From contig MU053994.1 in NCBI GenBank assembly GCA_013239625.1, forward strand, positions 2,671,589 to 2,735,588: a DNA stretch of 64,000 bases. The letters are read 5' to 3'. Source of the stretch: Lama guanicoe. Lineage: Eukaryota. The position numbers and the translations under genes were made by a program. The notes under the pieces are model-generated. The model did not search any database. It was given only the letters and a program-made list of their open reading frames with translations, and was not told the DNA's origin. Positions 38,218 to 51,249 of the stretch are shown in pieces (the first letter of the stretch is position 1; each line of letters opens with the position of its first letter).

Positions 38218-41075
38218 ACATCACATTTTCTGTATCCATTCATCAATGAGTGGACACTTACTCTGTTTCCGTATCTTGGCTATTGTGGGTAACACTGCAA
38301 TGAACATGGGAGTGCAGATATCCTTCAAGATACTGATTTCATTTCCCTTGGATATATACTCAGAATTAGGATTGCTGGAGACATATGGTAGTTCTGTTTT
38401 TAATTTTTTGAGGAGACTCCATACTGTTTTCCATAATGGCTGCACCAATTTACATTTCTACTAACAGTGTGCAGGGTTCCCTTTTCTCCACTCCATTGTC
38501 AACACTTGTTATCTCAACACCATCCTAACAGGTATGAGGTGATAGCTCAATGGGGTTTTTCATTTGCATTTCCCTGATGATTAGTGATGTTGAGCATCTT
38601 TTCACGTACTTGTTGGCCATTTGCTTGTCTTCTTTTGGGGAATATCTATTTAGGTTATTTGCCCATTTTTAAATTGGGTTTTTTGGGTTTTTTTTTTTTT
38701 GGCTATTGAGTTTTAGGACTACCTTATACATTTTGGATATTAACTTCTTATCAAATGTATGATTCGCAAATGTTCTCTCCCATTCTGTAGTTTGCCTTTC
38801 CATTTAGTTGATTATCTCCTTTACTGTGCAAAAGCTTTTTAGTTTGATGTAGTCTCACTTGTTTATCTTTTCTTTTCTTCCTGTGTTTCTGGTGTCCTAT
38901 CCAAAAAAATTGCAAAGACTAATATCAAGGAAATTTTTCCCCTATGTATTCTTCTTGGAGTTTTACAGTCTCAGGTCTTACAATTAAGTCTTTAATCTAT
39001 TTTGAGTTAATTTTATTATATGATGTAAGACAGCAGTCCAGTTTCATTCTTTTCCATGTGGATATCCAGTTTTCCCAGCAGTATTTATTAAAGAGACTGT
39101 CCTTTCTCCCTTATGTATCCTTGGTGTGCTTATCAAAGATTAGTTCCCCTTATATGTGTGGATTTATTTTTGGCTTTTCTATTTTATCCCACTGATCTAT
39201 GTGTCTGTTTTTCTGCCAGCACTATACTATTTTAATTACTGTAGCTTTGTAATGTAATTTGAAATCAGGAAGTTTGATACCTCCAGCTTTGTTCTTCTTT
39301 ATCAGGATTCCTTTGGCTAGTCAGGGTCTTTTGTGGTTCCATGTGAACTTTAGGCTTTTTTTTCCCCCCTATTTTTGTGAAAACTGCTATTGGGATTTTG
39401 ATAGGGATTGCACTGAATCTGTAGATTGTTTTGGGTAGTATGGACATTTTAACAGTTTCAAGTCTTCCAATTGAAGTGGAGCAGAATATAAGACCCCAGA
39501 ATATGCCTCTTTGCAGTAAGAGTTATTTTGAACAGGTTATTTTTAAGAAACAGCAGACACCGGAGAAGTTCTGAAAAACAAGTGGAAGTTATCCTTTTGT
39601 AAGGGACGTTAACATTTATAAAGGAAATTTCCATTTGTAAGCATGTCTCCCTCTTCCTGTACCAGGAAGAGAATAATAGTTCTAAATCACAAGAAATTCT
39701 TAACAATGGAGGGGGCACTTACTTAAATCTGCAATAACAACCCTACCCTTGTTTACTGTGCTTTTTCTGACAGCATCTCATAACTGGCTCCTCTGTCCTC
39801 CAACATCTTTCTTTCATCTTTAACTGAAGATAATATTTAAGGTTGTGCCTTGGGCCATCCAGGGAGTTACTCAGTTTTACTGGGTATCTTCCATGTATAC
39901 AAGAGATATACAAGTTATTAAACTTCTGTCTGTTTTTCTTTTGTTACTCTGTCTTCAATAATGGGTGGGGGGTGTGTCTCAGCCAAGAACCTAGAAAGTT
40001 AGAAGGAAAATCATTTTTCCCCTCCCTACAGAATCCATGAACATGGGGGTGTCTTTCCATTTTTTGTGTGTCTTCTTTCTTCCATCAGTGTTTTGCAGTT
40101 TTTGGTGTATAAGCCTTTCACTTCCTTGATTAAGTTTATTCCTGAGTATTTTATTATTTTCGATGCTATTTTAAATGGAATTATTTTCTTAACTTCCTTT
40201 TTGGATAGTTCATGGTTAGCATACAGACATGCAACTGCTTTTTGTATGTTGATTTTATAAACTGAAACTCTACTGAATTCATACATTAGTTCTAACAGTT
40301 TGTGTTTGTGTGTGTGTGTGTGTGTGTAGTTTTTAGGATTTTCTGCATATAAGATCATCTCATCTGCAAAGAGATTTACTCCTTTCTTTCTGATTTGTAT
40401 GCCTTTTGTTTCTTTTTCTTGCTTGATTGCACTGACTTGGACTTATAGACTAAACTTATGGACTAAATAAAAGTGGTGAGAGTGAGTATCCTTTTATTGT
40501 TCCTGGTCTTAGAGAGAAAGCATTCAACTTTTCACTGTTAGGTACGATGTTAGCTGTCAGCATTCATATATGGCCTTTATTATATTGAGGTACATTCCTT
40601 CTAAACTTAATTTGTTAAAGAGTTTTTATCATGAAAGTGTAATGGTTTGATTACTGTAGCTTTGTAATATATTTTGAAATCAGGAATTGTGACACCCCCA
40701 GCTTTGTTCTTTTTCAAGATTGTTCTGGCTATTTGGGGTCCCTTGAAATTCCACATTAATTTTAGGATGGGTTTTCTATTTCTTCAATGATGTATTATGA
40801 ATATTTTCTCTCAGTCTGTGGCTTGTCTCTTCATTTTTTAAAATGAAGAGCAGATGTTTCAATTTTGATAAAGTCCATTTTGTCAAATGTATTTCTATGA
40901 TGGTTGATGTTTTTTATTTCCTGTCTAAGAAATATTTGCTTATCTTAAAACTGAGAAAATGTCCTCCAGTTCTTTTTTCTAAAAGCTTTAAAGTTTTAGC
41001 TTTTAAGTGAAGGCCTTTGAGCCATTGCAAGTTAATTTTTGTGTATGGTATTAGCTAGAGGTCATAGTTCACTTT
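37661..41075 (-). mobile_element. L1MA-type 3' UTR plus ORF2 and adjoining L1 fragments, split by an LTR
   Basis: ORFs 38221-38448, 39265-39447 and 40026-40358 (MILYAENPK..YKINIQK) are L1 ORF2. Confidence 0.9.
39472..40030 (+). mobile_element. Solo LTR, ERV1 (MER34/MER39-like)
   Basis: tgaagtggag...ccctaca termini; TSD caat/gaat; host L1 'cttccaatccatga' is split. Confidence 0.85.
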
Positions 41076-41084
41076 TTTCCACCT

Positions 41085-41650
41085 ATCTTTTTTTCCCTCT
41101 ACTCCTCTTAGTTAGGTTCATTGGCTATGGCCCTGTAAATTAGACTGAGAAAACACAGAGTAACAAGAGAAAAACAAGCAGAAGTTTATTAGCATGTGTA
41201 TTACACATACACATGGGAGCACTCAAAGATGAGTAACTCAAAGAGGTGGTTAGAACTTGGGCTTATGTAACATCTTAACAAAAGAACAATACATTTTTCG
41301 AGGCATAACAAGACAGAGGAGAAAGACTTCGAGTTTCTAGGACAGCAAATTGTAGGAAGGGAAATGCCCTGGGGGGAACTAATAGAAAATAAAGACTATT
41401 TCGTAAGGTTTGGGATGTAGATTCCTTGGCCTTGTCTCTGAGCTGATAAGGGTCTAGGGTTGTCCCCAGTTATTAACTTTTGTCATTCTTGGTAGAGAGG
41501 GGAGGGGGAACGCCTTTTACAAATTTATATACTGCTTTCAGGCAAATAGAGAGTTTTTCTTGTATCTGCTTATTCTCAATTGCCTTCAACTCAAAATGAT
41601 CCTTACGGCACAGTGGCATATTTTGGGGTGGCATATTCTGCTATCCTTCA
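41085..41650 (-). mobile_element. ERV1 LTR (MER34-like)
   Basis: Ends 'ggcatattttggggtggcatattctgctatccttca', the reverse of a tgaagg.. LTR start similar to 39472. Confidence 0.7.
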
Positions 41651-41654
41651 GTAT

Positions 41655-41925
41655 TCAGTATTTTTTTTAATTGAAGTATAGTTGATTTACAATGTTGTGT
41701 TAGTTTCTGGTGTACAGCATAGTGATTCAGTTATACATCTATGTATATTCTTTTTCATTATAGGTTATTACAAGCTACTGAATATAGTTCCCTGTGCTAT
41801 CCAGTAGGACCTTATTGTTTATCTATTTTATATATAGTAGTTTGTAGCCACTAATGTCAAACTCCTAATTTATCCTTCCCCCACTTTCCCAATTGGTAAC
41901 TATAAGTTTGCTTTCTATGTCTGCA
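41655..41925 (-). mobile_element. Cetartiodactyl-type L1 3' end
   Basis: 'ttttattgaagtatagttgatttacaatg..ttccctgtgctat'. Confidence 0.85.
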
Positions 41926-42062
41926 GCACTTAGCATTTATATTATAATTGCCTTTCACGTATTTTATTCCCTGCGCTTCATCCTGGGGGTCAAGGGCAGG
42001 AACTATACTTTGTATCTCCACTACCTAGTTCAGTCCCTGAAACACAGTAGGTGCTGAACTGA
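41926..42062 (+). mobile_element. L2 3' fragment
   Basis: 'agggcaggaactatactttgtatctccactacctag..cacagtaggtgctga'. Confidence 0.55.
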
Positions 42063-43330
42063 GCTTTACCTTAAAATTACTGCACTTCACCCTTGCTCGA
42101 CAAACGCCGCGAAATGAGTGTCCAAAAGAAATTATTCTCTGTCAATATGCTCTAGAGGCCATGTTCCCTAATACAGTCCTTTATTCATACATTTTTTATT
42201 TTGTATTGTATTTGTGTGAGCAAGAATTCATCGCTAATCTCATGACAAACTGATTAACATCACAGCAGATTGTATCCCCACTCTGAGGTTATTTGCATTT
42301 AAAAGTGAAGGCTGAAAAGGAGAATTCCTTTCACCAAAGAGGAATTCCAAGCATCTGTTGCTGGCCAATGAGGTGAGTTTTTCTGAAGGGGCCAGACACT
42401 TTGGGGGAGCAACTACCAAATCATCCCATAGAAGGAAGTGATTTTATTTCAGTCGCAACTAGCAACAAGAACTATCCTGAAGATTTGAATAGAGTCTTAA
42501 GGAGACCTGAATTTGGAAAGATGAGGAGAGTGAATGTACTAGCAGTTAAAGAGTTAAAGAGAAATTATGCTTCTGCCAGCAGTTCCTGGGATTCTGTCCA
42601 AACAGCATGCTGTCAGCAGCATCAGCCAGCAGGAACGCATAATCTTCCACCCTTTGGTTTTAGTGGGTAATATTAGCTAAAAAAACACTCCAGATTTTTC
42701 GTGTTCATATGGTATAACTCATTTCAGACGTGCCCCTTTCTCCAATAGTTACCTCCTTCACTTGGGGAAATTCTTTTTCGTTCTTTCTCCCTTTCTCCCT
42801 CTCCCCTTCTCCCCCCACTTCTCTCTCTCTCTCTCCCCCTTTCTTTCTCTCTCTCTCTTTTTTCAATACAGTATCCAATTCAGGAAACCAACCAGCATCT
42901 CCCAGGACAAAAAGGCAGCTTTTCAGACTAAGGTCACTTTTCTTTCATTACCGTCATTCTTCGAGTTAAAGGAGCACAATGGCCTCAGGTTTTAACATTT
43001 CTATAATCAAACGTCCTACCTAATTCTTTTCTCCTCCCTGAAAAGCTTTTATTAAATTGATGGTCAACTAATGACATGGCAGCTTAAAATGGAGGAGAAA
43101 TATGCCACAGAAATGCCCTCACTGTCATTACCTTTATTCTGATGAGAAGTATGCTAATTGGATCAGGAGCACCACCCCCATCTCTGCTGAGGAACAAAGC
43201 AAAAAGACATCTCATGCCCTACACTATGACTTAGTTCAAATCAACGAAATTTATTGAAGACTGATTATATGCAAAATTCCACGGTGTATATAGAGCTGAA
43301 TAATTTAATTCAACCGAAACATATTGGGAG

Positions 43331-43476
43331 GGGGAGGGTATGGCTCAGTGGTAGAGCACATGCTTAGCTTGCACAAGGTCCTGGGTTCAATCCTCAGTAC
43401 CTCCATTAAAAATAAATAAATAAACCTAATTTACCTCCTCCCAAAATAAAAAATATAAAATACAAAAAAAAAAAAA
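43331..43476 (+). mobile_element. vic-1-type SINE
   Basis: ggggagggtatggctcagtggtagagc..ctgggttcaatcctcagtacctcc followed by an A-tail. Confidence 0.92.
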
Positions 43477-43724
43477 GCCTATTGAGGCTTAAACGGAGCT
43501 GGCACTAAGGTTACAAAGAATAAATCATGGCTTTTACTTTAAGTAGCTCAGTGTGGTCAGGGAGATGGTCTACAGATAATTGTAAAACAGTACAGTAAGC
43601 ACTATAGTGGAAGCTCAGGGGAAGAAACAATAAAAATTTTGTGTGGTGAATGGAACTTTAAGTTCTTTACAGAGAACCATGGTAGCTTTTGACCCCATTG
43701 CCTCATCCTATAGTAAGTAATACA

Positions 43725-44875
43725 CATTTTTAATTGAAGTTTTTATTGAGGTAATTGTGGATCTCCATGCAGTTGTAAGAAATAATACAGAGAGATCCCA
43801 CGTATGCTTTGCTTGGTTTCCATCAATGGTAATATTTTGGAAAAACGTGTAATAATATCATAACTAGGATACTAAAATAATCCTCTAATATTATTTAGAT
43901 TCCCCTACTTTTACTTGTACTCACGTGTGTGTGTGTGTGTGTGTGTTAAGCTCTACACAATATTATTACTCATGTAGGCTCTTCTATCCACCACCACAGT
44001 CAAGATATCTAACAGTCCTAACACCACAAGGATGCCTCCTGTTGCCCTTTTATGACCACACTCACCTCTCTCCCACTTCTGTCCCTGACCCCCTGCACCA
44101 TTAACTTGTTCTACATCACTAAAACTTGGTCATTTCAAAAATGTTCTATAAATGGAATCACACTGTATATAACCTTTTGAGATTGACTTTTTACACTCAG
44201 CACGATTTTCCCGAGATTCATGCATGGTATGGAATACTACAGTTTTATATGATTTTATATACATATATATTTATATACTACAGTTTTATATAATTTATAG
44301 AATTTCACAGTATGGAATACCACAGTTTGTTCACTACTCATCTGTTGAAGAACTGGGCTAATTCTAGTTTTAGGCTATTACAAATAAATCTGCTATGAAC
44401 ATTCATGTACAGGTTTCTGTGTGGACATAAGTTTTCATTTTTCTGGGATAATGCCCAGGAGCGTAATGGCTGAGTTTTATAGTGATTGCATGTTTAATTT
44501 TTTGAGAAACTGATAAACTGTTTTCCAGAGTGCCTATACAATTTGACACTCCCACCAGCAACATATGAGAGATCCGGTTTCTCCGCATCCTCTTCAGCGT
44601 TTGGTATTGTCACTGTTTTCAAGTTGTAGTCATGCACGTACGTCAGATATGAAATTTTCAAATGAAATTTTCAAATATTTTCTCCCAGGGTGTAGCTTGT
44701 CTGTTCAGCCTTTTCACATAGACTTCCATAGAGCAAAAGTTTTTCATTTTGATGAGGCCCAATTAATCAATATTTCTCTTTGTGGCTCATGCTTTTGATG
44801 TCAAGTCTAAGAACACTGCCTAGCCCCTAGATCCCAAAGATCTTTCTGCTATGCTTTTTTTTTTCTTTTCTAAAA
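43725..44875 (-). mobile_element. L1MC/MB-type 3' region with a (TG)n
   Basis: 'gcagttgtaagaaataatacagagagatccc'; ORF 44403-44588 is L1 C-terminus-like. Confidence 0.8.
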
Positions 44876-44967
44876 GTGCATTCCACAAAAGCCTGCTACT
44901 AATTTCAGAGAAATCACACTGGAGCTTAATGGAAGACAGGCAGTAAGTTAGAATTTAATAAGAATAC

Positions 44968-45250
44968 TATATTAGTGTGCTCGGGCGGCCATAACGAAAT
45001 ACCACAGAATAAGTGGCTTAGACAGCAGAGATTTATTTTGTTACAGTTCTAGAGGCTGGAATGCCAAGATCAAGGTATCATCAAGATTTATTTCTGGTGA
45101 GACCTCTTTTCCTGGCTTGTAGACGGCCACCTTCCTGCCGTGTTTCCACACGGACTTGTGTCTGTGTAAGTTGGGGGGAGAGAGAGCTCCTGGTATGTCT
45201 TCCTTTCCTTATAAGGACACCTATCCTATTGGATTAGCCCCCCCCCCATT
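44968..45250 (-). mobile_element. MLT1A/B MaLR LTR fragment
   Basis: 'cagttctagaggctggaatgccaagatcaagg..ttataaggacacc'. Confidence 0.8.
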
Positions 45251-45807
45251 CTGGTAACGAGGTTCTTATCCTCAGGACTGCTGGCTTAGTACAATATGCC
45301 CATGGCGCCCTGGGTACAGTTGACTAGTCCAGGAATGGGAGTAAATGCAAACTGGGCCAATTACAATCCTTCTCTGGGCATTCTGACTCTTAAGACTTAA
45401 ACTCACTTCAGCTGTATGGACCGCTGCAGGTGCAAAAGCATTTCACTCATTTATTAGACATTAACTCACCATCTACTGCATCTCAAGTACACACATGGAC
45501 TTTCTACCACATGGACTAGGAAGCTGGGATGGTGGATATGCCATGAGAAAGAAATGAACAGATGCCAAGAAAGAGAAAGATGCAGAAATAAGGGACAGAG
45601 AGCATTCCCACCTCAATCCCTCTCTTGTGTCCTGTGCTTGGGGACTATGAAACACCCCAGGATAAACTGCCAACCTCACTTTGGGGAAGGTGAATGGGCA
45701 GGGAAGGATGGGGAAGAGAAAGCAGCCCCATGGAGCTCCTGCCTGATCTCTTCTCCCTACTTTCGGTCCCTTCAGAACTGACCTTCTAGGTTGGCACACT
45801 ATTTATT

Positions 45808-45970
45808 TAGAGCAGCTCTATTCCTAAAATATAATGCAAGTCACATAAGTAATTTTTAATTTTCTTACAGCCACATTTTAAAAATTAAAAAGAAATAAGT
45901 GAAATAAATTTTAATAATATATGTTATTTAACCCAGTATATCCAAAATACGATCATTTCAACATGCAACT
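45808..45970. mobile_element. MER33/MER3-like hAT-Charlie fragment
   Basis: 'aatataatgcaagtcacataagtaattttt..atttaacccagtatatccaaaa'. Confidence 0.65.
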
Positions 45971-46290
45971 CCGAATTTTTAAATTGCCTCAGGTGATTTT
46001 CATTCAAAAGGCTTGGGAACCATGTTGGCTGGCTCAAAAGGCCGAGAAATTTCTCTGAGAAGGGAGGACTAAAGGTGGGTCTAGAGTCAGGCTAACCCCT
46101 GGGCCTCTCTATGGTGGCTCTGTGCCCTGGGAGCAAGGGCAGTTATGTGAGAATGCCAGGTTTCAATCTGCAACCAACTTGACCACCTCCCTAAGGCCTC
46201 TTCTAAATAAGTCTGTGATTCTAGTTACCACCCTAAGAGCTAAGAGTAGAGACTCTCTTCCTCATCAACATGATCGAGCGAGCGAGCGAT

Positions 46291-46360
46291 CTGTCTGTCT
46301 ATCTATCTATCTATCTATCTTCTATCCATCCATCCATCCATCCATCCATCCATCTCTATC
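46291..46360. repeat. Compound microsatellite (TCTG)(TCTA)n(TCCA)n
   Basis: Directly visible. Confidence 0.95.
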
Positions 46361-46374
46361 AGCTATCCTCAGAT

Positions 46375-46612
46375 GAGCTCTAGAGCCAGAAACCTCTGTA
46401 TTCAAGTCTTGCCTCTGTGCCTCTTATTAGCTCTGTGACCTTGGGCAAGTTATCTAAACTTCCCTGAGGTCCTCTTTCCATATGGACTAATGACAGTACC
46501 CACGTACTACTCGTAGGATGAGAAATAAGTGAGTGAAATATGAAAAATGTGAGAAGGGTGAAAAGCACAGTAGCATATTTTAAGTGATCCATAACTGGTG
46601 GCCATGATTATG
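46375..46612 (+). mobile_element. MIR SINE
   Basis: 'ttagctctgtgaccttgggcaagttatctaaac'. Confidence 0.8.
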
Positions 46613-47349
46613 CACAGACCTCCTCTCTAAAGAACTGACAGCTGTCTAACAGCTAATAGGAAGAAAAGGAAAATTAATACAGAATACAGAAGCAGAGACA
46701 CTTCAAATTTTGATGTGTAACAATACCTAAGGTTTAACACAAAACCTCCAGTCCACATTTGGATATCCACTTGAAGGCCCAAATAAAATGAAAGCCATTT
46801 CCTGGTCTTGGCACCTATTTGCACTCTGAATTTTGAACATGGACTATTCAAATGAAATTCTTCTTCTTTTTTAATGCACAGCAAGAGGAAATGCAAATGA
46901 AATTCTTCTTGGGCAAGAGTCCCTTCTTCCCTTTCCTGCAGCTCGGCTGAAGTCTGCAGACCTTCTAGCATCCTCATCCAACACACCCACTTTGCATTTT
47001 CCCTACCACTCATGACCCTTTGCTTCTGTCGTGCTAAGTGATTTTCCTCTGTAGCATACATAAATAATTTTAAACAGCTGTTCTGAAAACTACTTTGACC
47101 ATTGTTAAGAGAACTCCTAAGGCGATCTGTAAGTGCATTTAGCTGGAGTCCACCCACATCCCCACCGAGCTAAATCACTGCCCCTGTTACAATGGAAGGG
47201 GGACTTGAGAGAGAGAGAAATAAACAGCAGAAAATTCAAGCTGGGAGCGAATTTAGAAAATGTTCAACACAATCTTTCTTAAATATTGTACCTGAGGAAA
47301 CTGGAGCCCAGAGGGATTAGCAGTACATGCTTCCAGTATGTTCCCCAAA

Positions 47350-47532
47350 TATCCCCCAGCCCACACCTGCACGGTAGCCCTTGCCATATTGCGTTATGTT
47401 TGTTAGTATGTCTGTCTTGTCTGCTACCCTCTGATATCATCAAAACAGGGATGGAGTCTTATTCAGCCCAGTCCCCAGCACTGTACTTGAGACACAGTAG
47501 GTGGTGAGTAAATGTTTAATAAATGAGTGAAA
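47350..47532 (+). mobile_element. L2 3' end
   Basis: 'ccccagcactgtacttgagacacagtaggtgg..taaatgtttaataaatgagtgaa'. Confidence 0.6.
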
Positions 47533-47785
47533 TGCTTTTGCATTGTAGCGGTCCATCTTGGCCTGGTATCTGGCATTAATAAAAGATCAGAATGAGGTCT
47601 TTAGTTCCCATCTTTTGGGTTCGCAGGGCTTGTCTGTGTTCTCTGGCATGTATTTGCTCTTCATGGGGCTGAATTTCTGCAAAATGCAGCTAAGTAGACT
47701 CAACTGGGGTCCCAGGCATAATGGGAAACAAAATTATCTGATGTGGATTTCAAAGTGTGATGAGAATTAAAAACCCTCAACCTAC

Positions 47786-48417
47786 TGAGACAAGGATGGA
47801 AGGGGGCAGGGCACAGCCATTCAAGGAGTGCCACAGCAATTAACATTAAAATGGTGAAAGAGTCAACCCCCAGTAGGCCTTGAGGCTCAGGATGCTGAGA
47901 GATTTAACTTCTAGCAGATCTTGAACTTCGTTATATGCTCATTGTAATATATTAATATGGTGAATAACACGCCCACAGGCACCACGGCAGTCCCAAGGCT
48001 AGCCACAAAAGGTCAAAGAGTGGGAAATGGCCAACTTCCTGGGAATCCCAGCCCCTTCCCCAGGCTACTTAGACTGGTCCTTCCACTTATTAGCATATGA
48101 CGCCACCGAGCCCATAAAAACTAGCAACACTGCGCCTCGGGCGCCCCTCTTTCTCCCTCTTCGGAGATGGCCCACATTCTGTCTATGGAATGTGTACCTA
48201 CTTTTAATCTGAGCACCCAACCCCCACACCTTGTAGCCTTTCTCTTGCCTTTCAATGTATCTCTCTAAATAAATCTACCTTCACTCAACTGTGGCTCACT
48301 CTTGAATTCTTTCCTGGACGAAGCCAAGGACCCACACTTGGTGGGGCACGTCCCACGGGCTCCACCGAAGCCTGGCACACGGCCCTTCTCACGCCCCACA
48401 TCCGTTTTCCTGCGTCA
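47786..48417 (+). mobile_element. Relatively young ERV1 solo LTR
   Basis: tgagacaagg...ctgcgtca termini; perfect 4-bp TSD ctac; AATAAA at ~48268; many retained CpGs. Confidence 0.92.
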
Positions 48418-48429
48418 CTACTGCACCTC

Positions 48430-48660
48430 AGAATGGCCATTTTCACTACCAAGTGGAGAGGTCCTGTCTGAGAATGAAGCCTACACAAAAGAAATTGGAG
48501 TTAAGGGAAGGAGAGAAAGGCGTCTTTCTGATGGCAGCACCTGAGTGCCTGCATCCAGCCATCCCTAAATGAAGTCAGTATGTCTGCACTTGGCCTTTCA
48601 TGTTAGCCAAGCTGAGTTAGGCTTCTGTCACTTGTCACCAAAAGAGCATTGGTTAATAAA
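48430..48660 (+). mobile_element. Old MaLR LTR fragment (MLT1K/L-like)
   Basis: 'ctgtctgagaatgaagcc', end 'ttctgtcacttgtcaccaaaagagc'. Confidence 0.55.
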
Positions 48661-49069
48661 ATAAAGACCAAATAACTAGAGAACAGTAAAAGCCAACACA
48701 TATACAGTGTTATACTGCATGGTACTAATTACAAATGCAACAGAAATCCAGAGGCACAAGAGCTGGGGAGAAGTTAATGGAGGTAATCGGAGTTGGACAG
48801 GGCATGATCACTGTTGCTATTATAAAGAAACATCAAGGACTGTGGCTGGTAACGTATAGCAGTAGAGCAGAGTAGAGATTCAGGGAATATTAGATAAGAA
48901 GGGAAGAAAAATGGGCCAAGTGCAGTGTTAGCATTTATCCTTTTTGCAGGTTATTAAGAGGGCTGATGGAAAGGATAGAAAATCAATATGGTGCAAGTTG
49001 TTAGATGTGGACAGTCATCCAAGCCTACCCTGGCATCTGGACTGAACATACTCTGTTCTCTAGTCTAGA

Positions 49070-49775
49070 GCAGTGGTTCTCAACCTTGGTTGCACATTAG
49101 AATCACTTGAAGAATGTTTAAAAAAAAAAAACAGAAACCATATATACAATAGAATATTATTCAGCTAGAAAAAAGAAGGGAAGCCTGTCATTTCCAGCAA
49201 CATGGATGAAACCTGATGGTATTATGCTAAGTGAAATAAATCAGACACAGAACAATAAATACTCATGATCTCATTTATATGTAGAATCCGAAAAATTCAA
49301 ACTCATAGAAACAGAGTAGAATCGTGGTTACCAGGGGCTGGGGATGTGGGGAAAATGGGGAGATGTCTGTCAAAGGCTACAAATCCTCAGTTATGAGTAA
49401 GTTCTGGGGATCTACTGTCCAGCGTGGTGACTATAATTACCGACACTGAATTGTGTACTTGAAATTTGCCAGGAGAGTAGATCTTAGATGTTCTCACCAC
49501 AAAATTAAAATTATTAAAAAATCATAAGGTGATGGATTTGTTAACTGACCTTAATGTGGTAATCATTTCAGAATATACACATGTATCAAATCATCACATT
49601 GTATATCCTTACCCAATGTTATTGTCAATTATATCTCAATAAAGCTGGAAAAATATTCAGACACCCAGGCCACACCCAGACCAAGTTAATCAGAATCACT
49701 GGAGGTGAGACCCAGGATATTAGTATTTTTAAAAACTCCCCAGGTGATTCCATTGTGCAGCCAGGTTTGAGAGCA
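49070..49775. mobile_element. MER5A hAT-Charlie element split by an L1MA 3' end (~49135-49655)
   Basis: 'cagtggttctcaaccttggttgcacattagaatcac' ... 'ccccaggtgattcc..cagccaggtttgaga'. Confidence 0.8.
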
Positions 49776-50414
49776 AGAGCTCTGGGGCAGTGCTTTGCAA
49801 ACTTTAATGTGTATGTGAATCTTGTTTAGGTCAGGCACAGAGTCCAGAACTTAGGGGGTTAAGTGTAGTTGAGGGTGGTGGTGATGGTGGTGGGAACAAT
49901 GTTCTTTCCAACTCATTCCCAGAAATAATCTGTGGACAGCTGAGTTGGGTGAAAGGTTGATGGACCACATGATAATGCCAGTTCTGACGCAGGATATAGG
50001 CTGACCAACTGTCCTCATTTGCCTGGGTCCCAGGGGTTTCCCAGGACATGGGGTTTTCAGCACTAAAACAGGAAAGTTGTGGGTAAATTGGGATGGTTTT
50101 TCATTCTACCCATCCCTGACCTTCTGGCCAGTGAAGTTCTGGCCACAATTCTGAAGCTTTTCCAACCAAACAGGCACCATTGGTAAAGTAGGGGTGAACA
50201 GAAACCAAGAGGATGCTCTTGGGAAAGGAGAAAGGAATTGCTGGACACATAATCCTCCTTGAGGCCATCAAAAGATACAAGGGCAAGGGAAGGAAAACGA
50301 GTGCTCTAGCTCTGACTAGTTCACAGGCACCTACCTAGAAGGGGGGAAGCCTTGAAACAGAATAGTCCTTGGTTTAACACAGAGAAACTGGAAGCTTCTC
50401 GATAACCTAGGGAA

Positions 50415-50700
50415 TTCAAACTAGAGTGCACACGAGAATTACCCAGGGAGCCCATTCAACATACAAACTTGGCCCCTCCCTAAGAAATTTTATTTTTTTG
50501 GGTGGGGGGAGGTAATTAGGCTTATTTATTTATTTCAATGGAGGTACCAGGGGTTGAACTCTGAACCTCATGTATGCTAGGCATGCACTCCACCACTGAG
50601 CGATACCCTCCCCTGCTTCCCCTAAGAAATTTTAATTCAAAAGATCAAAGGCCTTTTAACTGGTATCTCAGGTGATTCTAGGCCACACTCTGAGAAACAA
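50415..50700. mobile_element. MER5-like element split by a SINE
   Basis: 'gaattacccagggagc' ... 'ctcaggtgattc..ccacactctgagaaaca'. Confidence 0.6.
50493..50613 (-). mobile_element. vic-1-type SINE
   Basis: Reverse of the ggggagggtatcgctcagtgg head; 15-bp TSD ccctaagaaatttta (50478-50492 / 50620-50634). Confidence 0.92.
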
Positions 50701-50809
50701 CGGTCTGAAGGGCTTGCCTGCCAGCAGTTTCGTCCGTTAAAGAAAGCTTTCTTGACCAAGGGATGGGCTGACCCAAAGAAACTCAGCAGAACTGGGAGGT
50801 TTTGTTTCA

Positions 50810-51235
50810 CAAAACAGCAGGGCCAGATGGTTTCAGGAGTGAATTCTAGCAAATCTCTAAGGAACAGATAATTCTAATGTTTTCAGGGTTCCAGACCATA
50901 GACAAAGAAGAAAATATAATTCTGTTAAGCCAAGATAGCACTGAAATCAAGCCTAGCAAAAATAACACACAAAATAAAACTGCAGACCCTTCTCACCCAT
51001 GAATATCAATGTAAAAATCCAAAATAAAATATTGGCAAACCAAATCCAGCATCATACTAAAAAAATAAATTACTGCCACCAACTGGGGTTTATAGTAAGA
51101 ATGTAAAGGTGGTTCAGTGCACAGGAAATTACTAGTCTGATACAAGATATTAATAGAGCCAAAGAAGAAATTCACATGCCTATTTTTGTAGATCATGTAA
51201 TAGCATTCAATAAAATTCAACAACTACTCAATAGT
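50810..51235 (+). mobile_element. Old L1 ORF2 fragment
   Basis: 'gggccagatggtttcaggagtgaattctagc', 'aaaatattggcaaaccaaatccagc'. Confidence 0.7.
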
Positions 51236-51249
51236 TATTTTTTTTAATG

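Noticed and set aside
46627..47157. Longest ORF in the track (176 aa)
   Set aside because: No recognisable domain, non-ATG start, and no exon context; consistent with chance
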